DNA of 64,000 nt from Amoebidium appalachense (Eukaryota > Protista > Ichthyosporea), in NCBI GenBank assembly GCA_963693365.1, contig CAVNZM010000005.1, positions 4,967,167-5,031,166 on the forward strand. The letters run 5' to 3'. This document shows positions 1-19,068 of this stretch, piece by piece. The position numbers and the translations under genes are program-made. The first letter of the stretch is position 1. Each line of letters begins with the position of its first letter. A model generated the notes under the pieces. It worked only from the letters and a program-made list of their open reading frames with translations, was not told the DNA's origin and did no database searches.

Positions 1-140
1 CTCCCTCTCCATTCCCCCACCCTCTCTCTCTGCCCCTCTCTCTCTCCCTCCCCCTTCCGTCGCTCTTCCTCTACCTCTCCCCCTCTGCGGCCCCTCTTTC
101 TCTCCCGCCCCCTTTGTCTGGCTCTCTCCCTCCTCTTCCT

Positions 141-191
<51 letters not shown>

Positions 192-225
192 GCTTCTTTC
201 TCTCTTTCTCTTTCTCTTTCTCTCG

Positions 226-315
<90 letters not shown>

Positions 316-330
316 CCTCTCTCTCCTTAT
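1..330. repeat. (CT)n microsatellite, representative of the simple repeats throughout the window
   Basis: Directly visible; similar poly-C/G, (CA)n, (TAA)n and (TTG)n tracts occur in almost every intron. Confidence 0.95.
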
Positions 331-762
331 CCCCGCCCCCCACCCCAATTGCTGTCGAGAATCTTAACGGTTACGACCTCAGATGCCGGATAAGCGACGT
401 CAGCAACAATTCAAATGTCCTCTGCATTAGCATTCCCTTTTTTTGCGACACCTTTATATTTTCGGCGAGCATGCCGCTCATCAAATCCTTGTGTTGCACA
501 GTGCTTGGCTTCGTGTTCCTGTGCTAGATATGGTACTCCACCCTTTCTCTTCTCCCCCCCCCCCGTGCCCTTCCACTGTCTGCCTCCCCTCCCCCCCCCC
601 CCCCCCCCCCCCCCAACACACACACACACAAACCGCCCGCGTTGCATGGCACCGTGTGCCATTCTTCATTGCTTGTGTATGCGCTATTGTGTAACAAAAT
701 CTAAACAACCCTCCCCCCCCCCCCATCCCTCCCCTCCTCAATCCCTCCCTCCCCCACCCTCC

Positions 763-6797
<6,035 letters not shown>

Positions 6798-7147
6798 GAG
6801 GTCAGCGGCTGTGCATTTTGGCCATAATCATCTACAGCCCAGCCCCTGCCTGCTCCACCCACCCCCCAACCCCTCCCCCCTACCCACCCACCCACCCACT
6901 CACCTACCACCACCAATACACACACACACCAAACTCTACCCCCGAGTCTTTCAAACATTGGCACAAAGACACACAACCCCATATTTGTGCAAGCATATGG
7001 AATTGCCGTTTGTGACTGCAACGTGGGCTGTAATGTCGAGAAGCCCAAAACTGTACGATCGATTTAGAACAGAATGTGGGCCTATTCTTCTGATGTGGAC
7101 TTGAAATTCGAAAAAAATGCACTCCAAAGCCCCTAGCCCGGGTGTGT

Positions 7148-7201
<54 letters not shown>

Positions 7202-7826
7202 GACACACAGTCACACACACACACACACACGCACACGTGCACTTTCTCCAGTCAGATTTTTGCCTCCAGTCAGATTTTTGGTGTGCTAGTGCCAGATTCT
7301 AAAATTTTCACACCTGCACACACGTCAGTGACATCGTTAATTGAGTCCTTCAAGGCGTGCTGGTCACGACCTAATGAAAGCCTGCATGGCAACCTAAATA
7401 CTATCCCTTACATATGTTGTCTTTAGCGCGTTCGAAAATATTAATTTCATCTTTCGCATGTATGTTACCGCCAATTTACGACATCACCATATGCATGACA
7501 TATAATAATTGTGATTGACCTCCGTCTCCTGCCCTCATCGCGCGAACTCAAGCCCCTCCAACCGTATCTCGCATAAGTCTCACAGTCCGGTCACTCGGTA
7601 AGTGTTTGAGCTTCCGTGCTTCCTACTCGGAACATTTCGCCATTCTGCTTGCACTGTGTGCATGCCCAGGTCAAAGTGAGCGCACGTGACCTCCACCGGT
7701 ATTAACACGGCCCCACACAACTACTGCAACACAAACATGCGCACATGTATACGTACACGCTCACGTGTGCTTCCGATGAGAATACCATATTCCCCCCCAT
7801 GGCCTTCCCCCACCTCCCCCTCTTCC

Positions 7827-7911
<85 letters not shown>

Positions 7912-8002
7912 CACCCCCCAGTGCACCCTCCGTACTTAAAACCCTCTTTCCCCGATCCCTCAAACGTTCGTAAGCCTAGCTCTAGGGCTAAGAACAAAAG
8001 GA

Positions 8003-8055
<53 letters not shown>

Positions 8056-8057
8056 CC

Positions 8058-8303
8058 CCCCTGCATAAGCAACCCTGCTCGTCTCTGATCAAGACGGGTG
8101 ACCTACCCATGTTCAAGTGAAACAGTATCTGAGTTGGGTTTCGTTAACGAGGTGAATAGGTCGAAACTCGGGTACTGTGGATGACGTGGGCTTTTCCTGA
8201 GGATGGGATCTGCTTATTATGCATACTCTTAATGTATGGCTTGCATTCTGCATCGTGTTATCCGTTTGTTCTTGTGTACTTCGTACTTTTTGACGCATTC
8301 AAA
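8058..8303 (+). mobile_element. Full copy of the ~250-bp dispersed repeat (putative Penelope-like 3' terminal repeat)
   Basis: Near-identical to 56811-57052 and 57499-57743; begins cctgcataagcaaccctgctcg, ends gacgcattcaaa, embedded in poly-C. Confidence 0.75.
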
Positions 8304-8580
8304 CCCCCCCCCTTCCCCCCCCCCCCCCCCCCCGCCTCCACCCGTGACACACACACACACACACACACACACGTGCACACACACAAAACCCTTCCCCCCC
8401 GTCCTCCCGGGACTCACCACCTTTCCAATTCAGGATTCCTGGTGCTTGTTTGATGACAAGTTCTGGTTTACGTGGCCTTTAAAAGCCGAATTGCCCTCTT
8501 CGGCAAGGATACAGTTTCGGTTCTCCATTTACACGAAAGTTCAATGCAAGCCCCAAAGATACGCTGCCCCCCTCCCCCCC

Positions 8581-8611
<31 letters not shown>

Positions 8612-8654
8612 ACACACGCGCGCGTGCGCGCGCCCGTACACACACACACACAAG

Positions 8655-8758
<104 letters not shown>

Positions 8759-9724
8759 CACAGGCACACACACAGGCACAGGCACAAACATGCCCCACAC
8801 ATGACTGCTCACTAGTTCTCTGAAAAATTATCCCTTTTCCTTGTGCTTTCCCATCTCATCCTACCGACACACAGGTGCGAATCATTGATACACGTGCACG
8901 TAAGCACACTCACCCACACGCACATGCACACACACATACGAATTTCAATATATGCATACACACATGACACAAGCCCATTTTCGCATGATGGCTCCATGCA
9001 ATTTGTAAAGCACAACTTGCACTTGAAGGATGGATACACACAAAAGAACTCTTTTTATTTTTACATATCTTATATACACATCTAATAATCTATCCCACAT
9101 TCAGTGCCTTGGCTGCATACACCATGACGATTATACCAGCCACACACCTGAAAAAAGGGCGGTGGAAAGATACAAGCAACAAGATTATACATTACAGTAT
9201 GCAAAATATCCACCTAGACATCCGATTTTGTTCCCGCCATAGATCACCCCCCCCCCTTGAACAACAAGATAGAAACCGTTTTTATAAAACAATAAAAAAA
9301 AGTAGGAATAAGACATCTGAATTTGTTCCGGCCATAGATCCCCCCCCCCCCCCTTGAACAACAACATATGCTGCAATTCCCATTCACCAATCATCGCATT
9401 GCCCAATTCCGTACATACATACGATGCTGACCCCTATTGCTTTAGGGGTGCGCACATGCAAACCCAAGCGCACACCCACAACACTGACAGAGAAAGGTGA
9501 ATAATAAAAAATAATAAAAATAAAAGAGTTGAACCTCTACAAATTCATACAGCTTAACGCACGGACACAATCTCACACAACCGCCACCCCCCCCCCCCCC
9601 CCTCCCCCCCCCCCCCCCCCTCTTCTTTCCCCCACCCACCCACCCACCCACACCCACCCACACCACTCACCAACCCACCCACCCACCCACCCACCGACCC
9701 ACACACACACAACCACACGCACAC

Positions 9725-10217
9725 TCAACGATACAAGTGGCCCGCGGCACTCGCGTGCCTGTGCGCGTCCGCATTTCCCACGGGGTCATGCCACCCACAC
9801 CGAATACAAAAGTGGCAACCACACCTGCAAGTGACCGCATTGCACCCGTCCTCGAGTGCACACAGTATGTTGCAGCGTGGACACCTTCTTGTTCCCGGGG
9901 GTACTTCTTCGACTTGCGGGTCTCCATTGCACATGCGCTGCGGGGGGTATGGGGGTGGAGTGTGTTAGAGTGGGTGGTGGGGGGGAGGGGAAGAAGGGAA
10001 TGGTGTGTGTGTTTGTGTATGTGAGGGGGAGGGGGAGGGGGGGGGGAGGGGGGGGGGGGGGAAGAAGGAGGAGGAGGGAGGTGGGGGGAGGAAGAAAAGA
10101 ATGGTGTGGGGGGGTTGGGGAGGGGGGGAAGACAAGAAGGGTGGGTTGGGGGCGTGGGGGGGGGGGGGGGGGGGGGGGGGGGGGTGGGCGAGGGGGAAAA
10201 GACGAGTGGGTGGGTAT

Positions 10218-10252
<35 letters not shown>

Positions 10253-12944
10253 AGAAGGATGGGTGAGTAGGTGGGGGAAACAAGTAATTTCACACACAGT
10301 GCACACACACAGAAAGATACGCACCTGCGGATGCTCGAGCCGCCCACATGCCACACACACCCTCGACCCGCAATCCCCGCATAGCACCACGCGGCCCGGC
10401 CCGGCTCGCTCCCCTTCCGCCCCCTTCCACAGGTACCTCTTGCACCCCTCCCCAGGACACTCGAAACAATTCTGATTGGTGCTCAACCACGTGACCCGTG
10501 CCGCTGTCGCCGTCCACCGTCGTAAAAGCTCGGCCCCGTTCGCGCAAAATGACAGCACGTCGGTGAGTTCGCGCAAAGTAACCCGCCGATCGTCGCAGCC
10601 CGTCGCGGAGCACCCGACGACCAGGGGGGTGAAGGCCTCGCCCGTCACATTGGCGACCAGCTGCTCCACGCACTCGACGCACAAAGTGTGCCCGCAGTGC
10701 AAGGTGTGCACGGCCGGACTGACCCCGCACACCGAATAGCACGTATCCGCCGCCCCCCGCGGCTTCCGTCGCATTCCCAAAAGTTCTCGAACCTTCTCCC
10801 GTGTTCCGTCGTTTTCTTTCAGTATTCCGTCGAGCGTGGCGAGGCAGTGGCTGAGCATTGGTTTGTCCTTTTTGTGGCATACGGCGACCAATGGATAAGG
10901 CTCGTTGTACCCCTCCGTCGCCGCGCACCCAACTTTAGGTTCGGCAGTTAGATCCATGTAGCAGGCCCACCTTGCAGATGCGAGATAGCGCAACTGTACC
11001 GTGACGGTGTGTGGAATCGTCGCATCGGCTGCGACGATCGCGAGGAACTCTCGCGTTTTCGACGCACCGACCAGCCGCACGCACAATGGCGAGGCCCGTC
11101 CGACTACCACGTACCCGTGATCTGTAGCCAATCCGCACAGAGCGTCGTTGACCACGTGACTGGCTTGCTGTTGCTGATTGACTGTTGCGCCGCAGTACAT
11201 GGCGACGCGCGGTGGCGCCCCCGCGCGATTGGTCGGAAGATCTAATGCAACGAGTACATTGGAGGGACCGCTTATTGCTTGGACGCGATCGGCCACTGCG
11301 TGCACACCCTTATCGGAGTGATCGGCCAATAAGAGATAGGCAAGAGCCTGGGGAGCCAATAGGGGCACCCGTGGCTTCAGCAGCCCAACAACCAATGGAA
11401 TCGCTTCGCACAGCGCGTCTTGGTTTAAAGAGGAAAGACGCACGCCGGAATAACATCGCGTGGCAGAAATCACGACACCATAATGCCGAAGTGCACTGGT
11501 CGGCTCGCGCATGAGCCCATTAACGAGGAGGTGGGCCTTGGCCGGGCCCCTTAGCATGACGTCATACTGCACGGAACTTTGCACCGTTACCGATTGGTCG
11601 ACGAGCCGTTGCGTCAAGTTGGCCGTCAGCGCCGCCACCCAATTTTCCAGTTGGATCCCCCTGCCCAACACTGCCGTTGGCTCGAGCATGATAAAGAGCG
11701 AATCGGATCCGAGAGACCAAGAACGCGAGAGGCGGAGCAACCCTTCGCCGCCAGCAGCGGCGGCTGCTGATTCCACAACGGCCCCCCTGATCGTCTCTTG
11801 CACCCCCCCGTCTTGTAAATTGACCCCCTCCCGTTTTGCTTTTGGCGAGGTGGCTTTGAGAGAGGTGGGAAGGAAGTCGCGGGGGAGATCCAAACCGTCC
11901 TGCTTGAATTTCGCCCATAATTGCGTCGCCTGTGCGCGTAATTGCAACGCGTTAACGGGGACAGGGGAGTGGAAGAGGGTGGGTTGGTAGGGGTTGGGCT
12001 TCAACCCGGATCCGACCAGCGCGCCGCAATTTGCGGGCTCTTGGGCGACAAGGGTGGCGCATTTTCGTGTCACGCACACCAACAGGCACTGGCGTATGGA
12101 GTTGAGCATTGGCCCGCCACCAATATCGTCAGCTGGATTTGTGTTGTTACCCCCCTCACCCACAGGCAGCTCCGAGACAAACAGGCGGTCGTTTTCCGGC
12201 GTTCGGAACGCACGAAGTAGCGTGAAACCGCCCGGGGCAGGGGTATCCAACACGACCGAATATTCCGGCCACGAACTCGGGCCCCCCTGCACAGAGAAAC
12301 CGCCGAGCAGCCGCTGCATGGGGCCCATGGTGTGAAATTCACGCCTGTAGAGCCACCCCTGGTCGGAATTTGGGTCGGGAGGGGCTCCGTCCTCCCCCGC
12401 CAACCTCACGTGCCCCACGATAATATCCTCACGGAGCAGAGTGACCTGCCCCCGAGCCGGAATATCGGGTTGGGTCGAAAGTTCCCCGGCCCGTTTATAC
12501 CGCCACAGCCACCATGTCTTGATCAGGGCTGTGCACGCGGCTTCAACTGCAGAGGGAGGACCCACGGCCCACAGTTCCGGGCTGGGCCGTGTCGAGGGAT
12601 GGTTCGAATCCGGTCGGGTCGAGCTTATGTAGTCGGTGTGGGTCAAGGCGGATGAATCGTACAGGAGGGTGGTGTCGTGGTCGGGATAGAGGGCCTGTGG
12701 ATAATGGGGTGGATATACAAAAGAATTAGTTCGGAAAAGAAAATGTTGGTGACGTTGGTCGAGCGTGTGTGAATGTTGTTCGTGTGCATGTGTGCTATGA
12801 TATATAAATTAATATCATAGGATGTGTCGATGATGACTGGGTGGATTATTTGAGGATGATCACGATGCTTGTGACATTGGTGACTAAAAGTAAGCAAAAA
12901 GGAGGTAAGTGGGAGAGGGGGGGAGCTAGGAAAGGGGAGAGAGA

Positions 12945-12984
<40 letters not shown>

Positions 12985-14686
12985 GATGGGGGATGCTGGG
13001 GAGAGGAGAGGAGGAAGGGGTAGAGCAGGGAGAGCGGGGGGAGGAGGTGAAACTGAGAGTGGGCAGAACGGCAGAGAGACGCGCACACACAGAGGAAGAG
13101 AAGGAGGGGGAGGGGGGGGGGGGGGGGGGGGAGTGGTTAGATGAAGATAATCAACCAAAAGACATTTAAACCAGAATGAACAGCAAAGAGTCTACGACAC
13201 TAACAACACGAAGTATGGGTGACAGGCAGATATCCACAAAACCGAAAAAAATAATTTACAAAAGTATCCACAAAGACACGGATAAACATACACACCTTAA
13301 ACAACGCCAAAAAAGGCAACGACAGCGCATTCCACGCAGGCAGCCACTTAAGGTTGCCACCCACCAACCCCACACATACGTCCGCCACCCTTCGCACCAC
13401 ACACCGGGCCGGGTCGGGCTGGCCCGAAATCGAAATGCACAACCCGAGAAACCCGTGATGGGTCAGGGCCTTTTCTGCCGCCCTGTGAATGTAGTTGCGC
13501 GAGTCATAGGCCACGCATGGGGGGATGTTGTCGGCTAAATTTGGATCGTGGGGGCTAAAAATAAGCGCGGGTCGCGACAGGGCCAAGCGGTCGCCAGCGC
13601 TGTCCTGCGGTGCGTAGAGTAGTTGCAGCTTTCCTGCGCGGTTGATTCTCGCGCTGCACAACGTGGCAATGCGCCCTTCTGATTGAAACATTTCAGCCAA
13701 TCGCATGTCGACGTAAAAACTCGCCTCGGAAAGTGCATCACGCGAAGGTAGAAAGTTGTTTGCAAACCGTTGCATTTCGTCTCTTCGTCGCGGCACTGCC
13801 ACCCCCCGCACCGTGATGAAGCAAACTACAGAAAAGTTCTTTTGCCGTAGCTGCCGTCTTCCCGTTCATCCCCAACCCAGCCACATCGCCCCGCCCCATT
13901 CCGAGCGAAAACCACCGGAGGAAAATGTTCGCAAGCGTTTCGACGTCCGAACGTGCGGAAAGAAATGGCGCGTGCAGGGTCAGAATCTTGGCTTGTTCCT
14001 CAGTGGTGAGACCCGTACCCCACCAAAGCAACTCGGCGCCAACAGTCAAACACGCGATCGCCGCAGCCCCATACACCGCGTACCCATTTTCGACCGCCGC
14101 CAGAAAAATCCCCCCCAACGACGTGTTAATGGAGGGAAGAGACGCAATGCGCCAGCCCAAATCGGTTATGCGACCCAATCCGTCCAGCGCACCTTGCTGC
14201 CGTAGTTGCTGTAAGATTTCGGCCATTTTTACCGGGTTGGGGGGGTCTGGCAACTCCAAACGCTCCAAAGACACCCCCATTTTTCGCAGGCGCAGGGTCA
14301 GGTGGCCCAAATCCCCCCGGCCCATCTCGACGTCATTATCGGGACGCTGCTCGACCGAATCACCGGGCCAGTGAACCGAAAAGACCTTTCCGGGTTGCGT
14401 TCTCCCAGCCCGGCCCGCCCGCTGCAATCGCGAGCTCCGAGAAACCTGCACCGCTTTGAGGATCGATGCGTGTCGTTCGGGGTAGTAGGTGCTGATTTTC
14501 TCAAGGCCCATATCGATGACTGCTGCCACGTCTGGGAGAGTAACGGAGGTCTCAGCTACGTTGGTGGTGAACACGATGCGGACGATCCTGGGAGGGAAAA
14601 GGGACGGGAAATGAGAAGGTGTGTGTGTAAAAAAAGGGAAAAAATAGGACGAAGGCGGTGGAGGTGGTGGCGGTTTAAGGAGAGGG

Positions 14687-14720
<34 letters not shown>

Positions 14721-14976
14721 GGAGGAAAGAAAAATATCTGGTGGGGGCTGGGGTCCACCGGCGGGGGGAGAGGGGGGGGGGGGGGGGGGGGGGGGGGGGC
14801 CATAGTATGCAGCAAACATGCCATCCAAAACAAGGTTGCAATGCAAAACAAAACTGCAAAATGAACAAAAGGGCCAAACAGCTCCCAGAAGATACTAAGT
14901 GGGAGTAAAGGTGCTGGCGCACACGTACATATGTGTGTTTCCATTTGCATCTGGGAGAGGGACAGCAAGGGGGGAA

Positions 14977-15010
<34 letters not shown>

Positions 15011-15672
15011 TGTGACCGTGGGTGCAGGGAGGGAGGGGCAAAGAGAGGGCCCGGTAGCATCCGAGATAAATGACCACCTAAATACCCACATGTGCACGCA
15101 CATACAGACACCCACCTCCGAACTGCCCCCCTCCCCCACATGCAAAAAAAAATAAACACATTTGTATCTCTCGAAACACTCACACCAACACCCCCCCCCC
15201 CCCTCCCCTCCCCCCCCCCCCTTCCATCGTTCTATCCTCTAACCCCTTCTTTCCCGGTCCTCCCACAACTTCCTGTGCTTCTCATTAAATCTTCACGTCA
15301 GAGGCCTTCGCCTACTTCCCAAAAAAAGCAGAAACCCTCCACACACACACACACACATACACTACCCACTTATAAAAGTGCAGGATCCCTCCCCACCTCT
15401 TGATACTACCTCACAAAACTCTCCCCTTTTTCCTTTTCACAGTCACACCTGTCTGATAATAGATAAGGGAGGTCAAACCACGAACATCTCCCAACCCCTC
15501 CTGTTCCCTTCCCTGCACCACCTTTTGCCCCTTTGCAAACTTGCATTTTGGATCCCTCTGCCCCCATTTGCCCATCTCCCTTCTTGACTGTTTTATCCAT
15601 TCTCCCTCTCAAAAAAAGGCAGAAGAAGAAGGGGGAGAGGGGGGGAGGGGGGGGGGGGTGGAGGGGGGGGAA

Positions 15673-15707
<35 letters not shown>

Positions 15708-17266
15708 GACAGAACAAGGTGGGAAAAACAACAAAGCAGACATAGTCCCTTCTTCCCCCTATTCCCCCTTCTCCTCCTCTCACCTCGTTCCCCCTGCAAA
15801 ATCCTTCCCTTCCCTCATCACTCTCTATTTTTCGGCCCTCTACTGTCCTTTCCCGCTTCTTTCGCCACCGTTCCCCAAATATACCCACCCATTCCTACAC
15901 CCCATCCGATTTTCCTCATTCTTTCATGCATTAAACGAGCAGCGCCATCCAAAAGAAAGGTTTACAAAAGGGCCAGAAGAAAAAGTTTTGTAAACGCGGA
16001 CTAAAACTATGCAGAGCGGGGGAAATAAAAGTCTCGACTAAATCAGTAATAAACCGACCATGCGCACCAAAAGACGGGCGATGGGTCTGCACATGCCTAC
16101 TATTACCTTCCGGGAAGTGCCGTCGATATGACCCTGTCTTGCATGTGAGGCGGCAGTTTTCCAAACAGCGCCACGGGCAGCACGGGAACTTTGTCCATCG
16201 GTACTCGTTGCACAACAGCAGTCACTGCGTGCACATACTCCTCTATTGCAGCCGTGGGTTGGACAGGAACATCTACTGCTTGCACCTGCTCTGCGTTGTC
16301 CCATCCCTCAATCAACCGACGAAAAACACGCACTGCCTCCTCACATTCCCCCTGCCCGGGCAGGAACACGAGCACCGTACCCCCGTCATTCCCTGCGCGA
16401 TATTGGTGTGTGTTCCGTTTGGGAAGACCCTCGGCAAGAAGTTCAAAGACTAAATCTACCGAGTAGGCGACGACGTCGGCGATTCTGTTGCCGTCGACCA
16501 TGTTCACTGGGTGAATGTCACATGGCTCCTTTCTCCCCTCGCACACAAGTGCAGGGACGTGGGGGAGAAAACGCAACACTGTCTCTTCGTCGACTGTAGC
16601 CGAGGCGATCACTAAACGGTGGACGGGGGAAACAAGAAGTCCCCCTTGCTGCCAAAGTGGTGGCTTGTCGTGTCTTTTGTGTTGTGGATGTGCGTTGGGG
16701 GGCTTGCCGAGTAGACTCATGAGACAGTCCATTTGTGCACTGCGCTCATGTGCTTCGTCCAACATTACAACACAAGAGACTGGCATGGACAAACCAGATT
16801 CGCCCAACAGACGAAGAAGGGCCGATTCGGTCAAGACAACAATCACTGGTGGCACACGCCGCCCACCTGCTGCATCGGCTACCAGAGCCAACGCGCGCTC
16901 TACCACTTCGTCCTCCCGCCACATCTCAACACGGAACATAACATCGTGGGACATTAATGTGCGTACTCGTTGCACTAAGGGTCGTGCACTAAATGCGCGA
17001 GGTTGAGTGATAAAAACGGATTGTGGTGGTGCCCCCTGCCAGCGTGACCCCGGAAGGTATGGTGCAATGGAGAGGAGAATGGGAAGAAGTGTGCTCTTTC
17101 CTGCCCCTGTTGCTGCTTTGCAGATGGCCACGCCATTTTCAGGCTCCAATGCTGCACTGATTCCTCCCCATATATCTAAGACGGGAAGTCGGGTGTCTGC
17201 ATCATGTAACTGGTTGAAAAGTCGTTGGGCATCGTCACACAGTCTTGGAGGGAGTGGTCGTGCCAT
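9725..17266 (-). CDS. DEAH-box RNA helicase fused to a C-terminal RBR (RING1-IBR-RING2) E3 ligase module, about 1670 aa
   Basis: Exons 17266-16107, 14587-13296 (one frame change near 13800; 13380 is an alternative donor), 12694-10325, 9937-9725. Helicase motifs ATGAGKST, DEAHERS, ASAT, FLPGQGE, TNVAETSVT, QRAGRAGR and an HA2-like region. RING1 CGHTLCVEC..CSATGC, IBR CPGEGC..CGDCGSRVCVAC..H, RING2 CPRC..GCNAVTCRCGCHFCIRC. Start codon uncertain. Confidence 0.85.
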
Positions 17267-17767
17267 GTTCGGTGGGAATTGTTCAAGAGTAAATGTGGTT
17301 GCGCGGTGTGTGTCATATCAGTGAGGCATGGCCAAACGTAACTAAGTATGCGAAGTTCTGACCAGTGCGAGAGCTCGAGAGAGAAGTTTGTTATTGAAAG
17401 GTGTGCTCCGACTTCAGGGCTATCCCTGGCACTCAAACTTCTCAACAGCATTATTCTTTTTTCCCTTTCTTGGTTTGTTCTCTCAGCGGGGGTATTACGA
17501 GGAAAAAGGCCGAGTTGGCCGGGGGGGCCCCTACGTAAGCGCATCATGCTATCATATATATCATGGCACACCTGTCACAGTTCTTTTGTGTTGTCTCAAA
17601 GTCACGTCCCTGTCACGTCCGGTGACACTGCGGTGAGTTATGTGATGACGTCATCAGATGCGTACTAGCCAATCAAAACAAAACTGATGAAGAAAGTTAC
17701 GTCATCAAAGGTAAACATGATGTAGACTATGTGCCTGTTTGAACGTGCACATGTGTATATACGTAAG

Positions 17768-17933
17768 CTCACACGTACTGACGGTGTGCACGCGCTGCGA
17801 TGAACTTCACGTTTTTTTCCTTACACTCTCGCGACCGCGTGCATGCTTTCTGTCGCGGCGCCTCGACGGTTCGATAGAGTCCAGTGTTCGCTGAATGTGT
17901 AAGGAAATAAGGAGCCATCTCAGTAGGTGGCAG
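17768..17933. mobile_element. Non-autonomous TIR element, 9-bp TSD ATACGTAAG
   Basis: Termini ctcacacgtactgac ... ctcagtaggtggcag; ATACGTAAG at 17759-17767 and 17934-17942. Confidence 0.8.
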
Positions 17934-17997
17934 ATACGTAAGTTGTAACATGTCATACATTCCTATTTTTTTTATTGTTTTTATATATGCATGTACA

Positions 17998-18142
17998 CTA
18001 CCACCTACTGAGGCGGCTAACACGTACTGACGTGTTGCCGCACGTGCGACGTTTTAACATCTACTTAGGCGGCAAAAAAAAAAAAAAAAAAAAAAAAAGG
18101 AGACACCGCCTCAGTAGGTGGTAGCTGAGGCGGTGTCTCCTT

Positions 18143-18178
<36 letters not shown>

Positions 18179-18238
18179 AAAAGCCGCCTGAGTAGATGTT
18201 AAACGTCGCACGTGCGGCAACACGTCAGTACGTGTTAG
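17998..18238. mobile_element. Non-autonomous TIR element (reverse orientation), 9-bp TSD GCATGTACA, hosting a nested copy
   Basis: Termini ctaccacctactgag ... gtcagtacgtgttag; GCATGTACA at 17989-17997 and 18239-18247. Confidence 0.85.
18017..18124. mobile_element. Nested copy of the same TIR family, 9-bp TSD CTGAGGCGG
   Basis: Termini ctaacacgtactgac ... ctcagtaggtggtag; CTGAGGCGG at 18008-18016 and 18125-18133. Confidence 0.85.
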
Positions 18239-18552
18239 GCATGTACACGTGCGTGTGTGTGTGTAAAAAGAGAAGAAGAGGCTCAAAGATTTTCTTTGTA
18301 CAGTGCAAGTGCTTAGAAGTAACAGTGCTATAACAGTCCGTGAATTGATTTCGTGCTCCCGTTTCTTTGTGTTTTCAGAGGGCAGACATTTATATAGGCG
18401 CGTGGCCGGGGGTCTTTGAACGTCAAGATGGTGAAGCAAAAGAGGGTAAAGTGGACATACCTTGACAATGCAAAATAGAGCGTTAGTTTAAGGCAAAACG
18501 GACACGTCGAAGGGGTTCATCCTGCTCCACATCCCCTCACCCCCCCCCCTCC

Positions 18553-18660
18553 CTACCACCTACTGAGGCGGTGTCTCCTTTTCCTTTTTTTTTTTTTTTT
18601 TTTTTTTTTTTTGCAAGTAGATGTATAACGCACGTGCGGCAACACGTCAGTACGTGTTAG
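18553..18660. mobile_element. Fourth copy of the TIR family, 9-bp TSD CCCCCCTCC
   Basis: ctaccacctactgaggcggtgtctcc-polyT-...gtcagtacgtgttag with cccccctcc on both sides (a low-complexity TSD). Confidence 0.75.
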
Positions 18661-18953
18661 CCCCCCTCCCACCCCCCCGCCTTTTTCCTCCTCCCCCCAC
18701 CCCCCAACCCCCCCTCCCCCCTCCTCCCCCCTCCCCCCCTTCCCCTCGTTGATACAGCTCCTGGCGTGCGCGTGTGTGCAGGAGAATACAGCGCGAAAGT
18801 TTGCAAAAGTGGAAGGGGTTTGGCTGGACTTAACTAAGTGAATGCTACACATGTACCGCACATCATTACCACACATATCACACAGGCATACAGGTGCACA
18901 CGCACACACCTCACATGTTACATGAACCTCCATGTATGCACAAAGATACACAA

Positions 18954-19016
<63 letters not shown>

Positions 19017-19068
19017 CACACTGGCAAGCACGCGGTTATGCAAACAGCATGCATAGACACTTTGAACG

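Larger units (their letters stand above)
17636..18460 (+). promoter_or_regulatory. Duplicated copy of the PPAN promoter and first coding exon (MVKQKR), interrupted by TIR elements
   Basis: 17643-17750 and 18240-18460 align to 20089-20382: tgatgacgtcatcagatgcgt, CCAAT, ttatataggcgcgtg and atggtgaagcaaaagagg followed by GT. Confidence 0.8.

Noticed and set aside
380-535. Candidate first exon of THOC3
   Set aside because: No ATG-initiated, phase-0 exon with THOC3-like sequence could be defined; the start may lie upstream of the window.
8080-8205. Canonical hammerhead ribozyme
   Set aside because: CTGA-containing and GAAAC motifs are present, but CUGANGA is not positioned between stems I and II in any permutation I tried; kept only as an unassigned structured RNA.
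17176-17571. 131-aa ORF overlapping the helicase start
   Set aside because: Different frame from the helicase, no phase-compatible intron found and no recognisable motif; it might be a frameshifted N-terminal extension, but that is unsupported.
18017-18238. Long palindrome read as a hairpin RNA gene or replication origin
   Set aside because: Fully explained by inverted nested insertion of one TIR element into another, as the TSDs show.
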